Below, one piece after another: positions 63,692 to 64,000 of a stretch of DNA of 64,000 bases. Made by a program: the position numbers and the translations under genes. The stretch covers positions 192,001 to 256,000 of the forward strand of contig CAWDSQ010000020.1 in assembly GCA_963804955.1 (NCBI GenBank). The letters run 5' to 3'. Origin of the DNA: an uncultured delta proteobacterium. GTDB lineage: Bacteria > Desulfobacterota > WTBG01 > CAIYCZ01 > CAIRTM01. Each line of letters starts with the position of its first letter. The first letter of the stretch is position 1. Under the pieces are notes generated by a model. It searched no databases. It saw nothing but the letters and a program-made list of their open reading frames with translations, and was not told the origin of the DNA.

Positions 63692-64000
63692 CTAGGCAGC
63701 TTTAGGCGCATCAGGTATGCCGGTCTTTGATTCGACTTTTAGCCGGGCTTTTTCAGCAGGGTCACGCTTATAGGTTATAACCCCCTCAAAGGGGCAGGCT
63801 TCCATGCAGCTGAAGCAGAGGCAGCAGGTTGCCGGCATTTCATTGTCCTGATTGCGAATGTCAATATAGAACGGACAGGCCTTTTCTGCCTGGCAGACCT
63901 TGCAGTTTTTGCACTTTGAACGGTTATAGCGAATGCGCCACAGGCTGTTATGGCAGTTGATGCCGCGGTATGATGAAAGCCAGCAAAAATGCGTGCACAT
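63692..64000 (-). CDS. 4Fe-4S dicluster-binding protein, C-terminal part only
   Basis: CKNCKVC...CP and CCLCFSCMEACP motifs; start lies outside the window. Confidence 0.75.
   Translation of the reverse strand: MCTHFCWLSSYRGINCHNSLWRIRYNRSKCKNCKVCQAEKACPFYIDIRNQDNEMPATCCLCFSCMEACPFEGVITYKRDPAEKARLKVESKTGIPDAPKAA

Overview
This 64-kb window looks like chromosomal DNA from a Desulfobacterota/deltaproteobacterium-like anaerobe, judged from gene content and order. Housekeeping blocks are recN-nadK; rfbB, a UXS-like gene and tRNA-Pro(CGG); panE-xerD-DHH/CBS nucleotidyltransferase-S2P-scpA-scpB-rluB; and ctpA, hppA, dusB-radA-psd and purM. Accessory stretches between them encode secreted or surface proteins (octaheme-TPR cytochrome, BspA LRR, matrixin pair, beta-propeller/FGE-fold protein, TSP3 and NHL repeats), a stand-alone Twinkle/T7-gp4-like primase-helicase, a GT4/radical-SAM/CBM48 cluster behind two orphan LuxR regulators, and a moaD-lpdD-ubiX operon. 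About 16 genes, including core ones, are broken by apparent 1-bp indels, most likely long-read sequencing error. I found no CRISPR array, rRNA, transposase, reverse transcriptase or prophage structural genes. The best leads are (1) a structured, riboswitch-like leader with a mutually exclusive terminator in front of a divergent K+-independent membrane pyrophosphatase, (2) the primase-helicase with a degenerate TOPRIM domain and no phage context, (3) the MoaD/LpdD/UbiX operon lacking UbiD, and (4) a CFI-box-like C-terminal domain on a two-gene metalloprotease module. All calls are by-eye motif recognition; no database searches were run.
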